The position numbers and the translations under genes were made by a program. Below the pieces are notes generated by a model. The model made no database searches. It had not been told where the DNA came from and saw only the letters and a list, made by a program, of their open reading frames with translations. DNA of 63,817 nt, the filler included. It is 7 parts of 7 records of this genome, joined end to end, with 100 filler letters (N's around TTAATTAATTAA, not from the genome) between each part and the next. Parts side by side here need not be neighbours in the genome. Positions count along the whole stretch, not along the records: positions 57,398 to 63,817 come from SRR20825019_3023; 6 more parts are not named here. One strand, given 5' to 3'. Positions within the stretch are counted from its first letter, which is position 1, and every line of letters starts with the position of its first letter. This document shows positions 59,916 through 63,817 of the stretch, in pieces.

Positions 59916-61322
59916 ATGAGTAATGCTTCTTCATCCGCTGAAGGCGGTGCCATGGGCCAGGCGACAGCGAAGCGTGGGCTGTGGTCTTCGCGCCTGGCAT
60001 TCATACTTGCCGCAACAGGCTCAGCGGTGGGCCTGGGTAATATCTGGAAATTCCCCTACATCACCGGTGAAAACGGCGGTGGTGCCTTTGTTCTGGTTTA
60101 CCTACTGTGCATTGCGGCGGTGGGCCTACCGATCATGATGGCTGAAGTGCTAGTCGGTCGCCGTGGTGGTCTCAGCCCCGTCAACAGCATGCGGGCCATA
60201 ACCAGCCAGGAAGGCCTTAAACCGGCCTGGCGCTGGGTGGCTGCCGTCGGGGTTCTGGCGGGGTTCCTGATTCTATCGTTCTATTCTGTGATCGGCGGAT
60301 GGGCGATTTCCTATGTAGGCACCGCCGCTACAGGCCAGTTGGCAGGCCAGTCGGCAGAGTCCATAGGTGCCATCTTCTCCGGCCTGTTGGGCGACCCGAT
60401 GAAGCTGCTTCTTTGGCACACCCTGTTTATGGCGTTGGTCATGGTTGTGGTTGCACGAGGCGTACGTTCCGGGCTTGAACGCGCTGTCAGTATTCTGATG
60501 CCAGCCCTGTTCGTGCTCCTGCTAATTGTCGTGGGCTATGCGATGACCACTGGCCACTTTGGTCAGGCCGTCTCCTTCCTGTTCCAGCCCGACTTCTCGA
60601 AGCTCACCACTTCGGGCGTTTTGGTTGCCCTGGGCCACGCGTTCTTCACGCTCAGCCTCGGCATGGGTGTCATGATGGCCTACGGCTCCTATCTGCCCAA
60701 AAACATCTCCATCGCCAAAACCTCCGTGACCGTCTCGATCATGGATACTGCCGTGGCCTTGCTGGCCGGGCTGGCTATCTTCCCGATCGTATTCGCCAAC
60801 GGCCTTGAACCAGGCGCCGGCCCCGGCCTGATTTTCCAAACCCTGCCACTGGCGTTCGGACAAATGCCCATGGGCAGCCTCTTCGGTACGCTGTTCTTCG
60901 TGTTGTTGATTTTTGCCGCCTGGACGTCCGGCATTTCCCTGCTGGAGCCGATTGTTGAATGGCTTGAGGAACAGAAAGGTATGAACCGCACGGTGAGTAC
61001 CGTCGGGGCAGGCATCGTGTGCTGGTTATTGGGTGTGGCCTCCGTACTTTCGCTAAACCTGTGGTCGGACGTGACACCGCTGGGCATGTTTGCGATGTTC
61101 GAAGGCAAAACCATCTTCGACCTTCTGGACTTCCTGACCGCTAATATCCTGTTGCCCCTGGGCGGACTGCTGGTCGCCGTGTTTGTCGGCTGGACAATGT
61201 CTCGACAGGCGCTGGAAAGCGAACTGGGCATGTCGGCGGGCACATTCTCGCTCTGGTATCGCGTACTGCGTTACTTCACACCCGTTGCTGTAGCCATCGT
61301 CTTCGTCTACAACCTGGTATAA
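59916..61322 (+). CDS. Neurotransmitter:sodium symporter family amino-acid transporter
   Basis: WSSRLAFILAATGSAVGLGNIWKFPY, FFTLSLG, GPGLIF. Confidence 0.95.
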   Translation: MSNASSSAEGGAMGQATAKRGLWSSRLAFILAATGSAVGLGNIWKFPYITGENGGGAFVLVYLLCIAAVGLPIMMAEVLVGRRGGLSPVNSMRAITSQEGLKPAWRWVAAVGVLAGFLILSFYSVIGGWAISYVGTAATGQLAGQSAESIGAIFSGLLGDPMKLLLWHTLFMALVMVVVARGVRSGLERAVSILMPALFVLLLIVVGYAMTTGHFGQAVSFLFQPDFSKLTTSGVLVALGHAFFTLSLGMGVMMAYGSYLPKNISIAKTSVTVSIMDTAVALLAGLAIFPIVFANGLEPGAGPGLIFQTLPLAFGQMPMGSLFGTLFFVLLIFAAWTSGISLLEPIVEWLEEQKGMNRTVSTVGAGIVCWLLGVASVLSLNLWSDVTPLGMFAMFEGKTIFDLLDFLTANILLPLGGLLVAVFVGWTMSRQALESELGMSAGTFSLWYRVLRYFTPVAVAIVFVYNLV

Positions 61323-61326
61323 ACAT

Positions 61327-62517
61327 TCAAGCGGGATGCCGGCCCCTATTCTGGGGCCGGCTCATCAGCCAAACGGCCATCAAGACACCGTGTAACACCA
61401 GGAACGGTATAGCAATCAGCAACAATCCATTCCAGTCAAACGCCGCCAATACCGCACCAGCACTCAGTGCAGCTGTCGCCTGCGAGCCGAATACCATCAG
61501 GTCGTTGAGCCCCTGAACACGGAACCGCTCCTCATCGCGATATCCCTGCGGCAACAGCGTGGTGCCACCGACAAACAGGAAGTTCCAGCCAACCCCCAAC
61601 AGGATGAGTGCAAACAGGTAATGGTGAAAGCTGATACCGCTGAACGCCAGGGCCACACACCCCAGATAGGCCAGCAATCCCAGCCCCATCATCCTCGGAA
61701 TACCCACCACACGAATTAACCAGCCACTGACCAGCGACGGCAGATACATAGCCATGATATGAATCTGAATGACCCACTTGGCATCTTCAAGCGGGTGATC
61801 GGCCACTTCTGTCATACTCAGTGGTGTTGCCGTCATGATAAAGCTCATGAGGGCATAACCGATGGCCGCGGAACTGATCGCCGCCCAAATGACCGGTTGC
61901 CTCAGGATGTTGGCCATTGGACGACCGCCCTCCCCCAAGGCTTCCCGTACTCGCTCCCCGCTGGCGCGGTACCCGAAAACCAGTACGACCATGGCAACCA
62001 CCTGCACGGCACTCAATGCAAGCCAGCCGCCCATGAAAGGGTGCTCGGCTTGGCCTCCACCGCCCAAAAGCGCAATTTCCGGCCCCAGCCACGCCGCTAC
62101 GAGGCCGCCTAGAAGCACCCTGGCTGCTGCGGAGCCAGCCATCTCGGGCGCTACCGACTCCATGGCCGCAAAGCGGTATTGGTGAACCACCGCCAGCCCG
62201 GTTCCGCCCACAACCGCCGCAGCGCACAATAACGGGAAACTTGCACTCCAGGCTGACAGCGCACCGAGCAACCCGGACACGGTACCCGCCAGCGCGCCAA
62301 GCAACATAACCGGCTTGCGCCCCAGGCGCTCCATCATCCACGTAGCAGGCTTTATAGCCAGGACCGTTCCAACAACTACAAGGCCCACGGGCAGGGTTGC
62401 CCACTCAGGCGATGGCGCCAGAAGACGTCCGTGAATGCTTCCGATAAAAACGATAAAAGGCGCTGTACACATGGCAAGCGCCTGGGCGGCGACCAGTATC
62501 CATACATTGATCGGCAT
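61327..62517 (-). CDS. MFS transporter
   Basis: About 12 TM; ERLGRK, YRFAAME, GVGWNFLFVGG. Confidence 0.88.
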   Translation of the reverse strand: MPINVWILVAAQALAMCTAPFIVFIGSIHGRLLAPSPEWATLPVGLVVVGTVLAIKPATWMMERLGRKPVMLLGALAGTVSGLLGALSAWSASFPLLCAAAVVGGTGLAVVHQYRFAAMESVAPEMAGSAAARVLLGGLVAAWLGPEIALLGGGGQAEHPFMGGWLALSAVQVVAMVVLVFGYRASGERVREALGEGGRPMANILRQPVIWAAISSAAIGYALMSFIMTATPLSMTEVADHPLEDAKWVIQIHIMAMYLPSLVSGWLIRVVGIPRMMGLGLLAYLGCVALAFSGISFHHYLFALILLGVGWNFLFVGGTTLLPQGYRDEERFRVQGLNDLMVFGSQATAALSAGAVLAAFDWNGLLLIAIPFLVLHGVLMAVWLMSRPQNRGRHPA

Positions 62518-62526
62518 TGGGTGGGC

Positions 62527-63354
62527 CTATTTCTTGCGGTAGATGATCCCTGGGTGGCACTGCACCATTTCGTAGAGATGAGGCAACCCGTTCAGCGATT
62601 CCGATGCTCCCAGTATCAGGTAACCACCGGGATTGAGAGTGGCATGGATACGGGTCAGGATGTCCTTTTTAAGCTCTGCCGAAAAGTAGATCAGTACGTT
62701 CCGGCACATAACAATGTCAAACTTCCCGAGCATGTAGCGTTCAAGCAGGTTCAGCTCCCTGAATTCCACCATGCTCTTGATTTGCGGTCGGATCTGCCAA
62801 CTGCCATTCATGGCAGGAGTGAAAAACTGCTTTTGCCGCTCGGGTGACAGGCCCCGGCCAATGGCGATCATTTCGTACTCGCCACGGCGCGCAACCTCTA
62901 GAACGCTTTTGGAGATGTCGGTGGCGGTGATCTTCACATCCCGCAGCCTACCCGGCCGCTGGCGACGAAATTCTTCAATAATCATCGCTACCGAATAGGG
63001 CTCCTGGCCTGTCGAACAGGCTGCAGACCAGATACGAAGTGACTGCGCTGATTTTCTGTCGCCGAATTCCGGCAGCAGCTTTTCCTGCAGGATGCGGAAC
63101 GGGTGATTGTCCCGAAACCAGAGGGTTTCATTCGTCGTCATCGCGTCGATCACGACTTCCTTCAAACTGCTGCGACCGGTTCTCTTCACGCGATCCAGCA
63201 GATCACCCAGGGTTCTCAGCTCGTTCTCTTCCATGATCCGCCGCAGACGGCTTTTTACCAAATACTGCTTGTTCTCCCCGAGCAAAATGCCACACGCATC
63301 CTGCAGGAATGATTTAAAGGCCTCGTATTCCTGTGGCGTTATTTCAGCTTTCAT
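62527..63354 (-). CDS. cheR: Chemotaxis methyltransferase CheR
   Basis: MTTNETLWFRD, IWSAACSTGQEPYS, ATDIS, CRNVLIYF. Confidence 0.96.
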   Translation of the reverse strand: MKAEITPQEYEAFKSFLQDACGILLGENKQYLVKSRLRRIMEENELRTLGDLLDRVKRTGRSSLKEVVIDAMTTNETLWFRDNHPFRILQEKLLPEFGDRKSAQSLRIWSAACSTGQEPYSVAMIIEEFRRQRPGRLRDVKITATDISKSVLEVARRGEYEMIAIGRGLSPERQKQFFTPAMNGSWQIRPQIKSMVEFRELNLLERYMLGKFDIVMCRNVLIYFSAELKKDILTRIHATLNPGGYLILGASESLNGLPHLYEMVQCHPGIIYRKK

Positions 63355-63395
63355 TGGATCTCATTATCGAGTGAGTCGGAAGTAACGGAGGAGCG

Positions 63396-63817
63396 TCACT
63401 GCTCGCGGTCGACAATTTCCATGACTCTTTCAGCCAGCTCATCGGGGCTGAATTTAGCCATGAAATCGTCAGCGCCCACCTTCTGCACCATCGCCTTGTT
63501 AAACACGCCACTCAGGGACGTGTGCAGCATGATAAATACATCCTTGATTGCAGGCTCATTTTTACACTTGGTGACCAGAGTGTACCCGTCCATTTCCGGC
63601 ATTTCGACATCGGATATGATCAAACACAGGTGATCGGCGGCGCGAGAGCCATCTGCCGTAATCTCTTTCAGATAATCCAGGGCCTGCCTGCCATCATTCT
63701 TGGTCACCACTCCCATACCAATGGCAGTGAGACATCGCTCAATCTGGCGTCGCGCCACAGCCGAATCGTCTACAACCAGCACCGGCAGATGGCCAGGCAC
63801 CCGCTCTGAACTGCGAT
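63396..63817 (-). CDS. cheV: Chemotaxis protein CheV, C-terminal receiver fragment
   Basis: VVDDSAVARRQI, ISDVEMPEMDGY, LHTSLSG.FN; directly upstream of cheR. Confidence 0.9.
   Translation of the reverse strand, partial: RSSERVPGHLPVLVVDDSAVARRQIERCLTAIGMGVVTKNDGRQALDYLKEITADGSRAADHLCLIISDVEMPEMDGYTLVTKCKNEPAIKDVFIMLHTSLSGVFNKAMVQKVGADDFMAKFSPDELAERVMEIVDREQ

Noticed and set aside
1-63817. CRISPR arrays, transposases, integrases, rRNA
   Set aside because: No regularly spaced repeats and no such gene motifs were seen.

Overview
This window is not one locus. It is seven contigs joined by six 100-nt artificial spacers (N44-TTAATTAATTAA-N44, stop codons in all six frames), so nothing across a spacer is real synteny. 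(1) 1-10750, alphaproteobacterial: sugar-acid catabolic cluster (DapA-like aldolase, PdxA2, DUF1537 kinase, FadR regulator, Fe-ADH, Asp-box beta-propeller, family-5 ABC importer). (2) 10851-17939, probably Roseobacter-like: Csu-type chaperone-usher pilus operon with a one-domain chaperone, plus a TRAP transporter. (3) 18040-29223, Roseobacter-like: clpA end, M23 peptidase, MotA/MotB-like pair, chaC, extensin-like gene, tyrA, hisC, a radical-SAM plus TIGR03915-UdgX operon preceded by a LexA box, rpsD end. (4) 29324-41607, Rhodospirillales-like: rpoA end, rplQ, helical-repeat orphan, degQ, rarA, DUF429-like nuclease, crcB, rluC, HAD, internally duplicated AsmA, ATP12, pccB start. (5) 41708-51393, eukaryotic and kinetoplastid-like: co-oriented intronless genes with polypyrimidine-AG trans-splice signals. 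(6) 51494-57297, Rhizobiales-like: hrcA, rph, VOC, rdgB, hemW (no canonical start), a CtrA-boxed membrane orphan, mnmA. (7) 57398-63817, Marinobacter-like: half a tRNA-Ser, isochorismatase, LiuR-boxed leucine dehydrogenase, NSS and MFS transporters, cheR, cheV. Taxonomic labels are impressions from gene content and were not tested by search. The strongest leads are the SOS-linked radical-SAM/UdgX module, the unassigned sugar-acid pathway, the long coiled-coil MotAB-like motor and the single-domain pilus chaperone.
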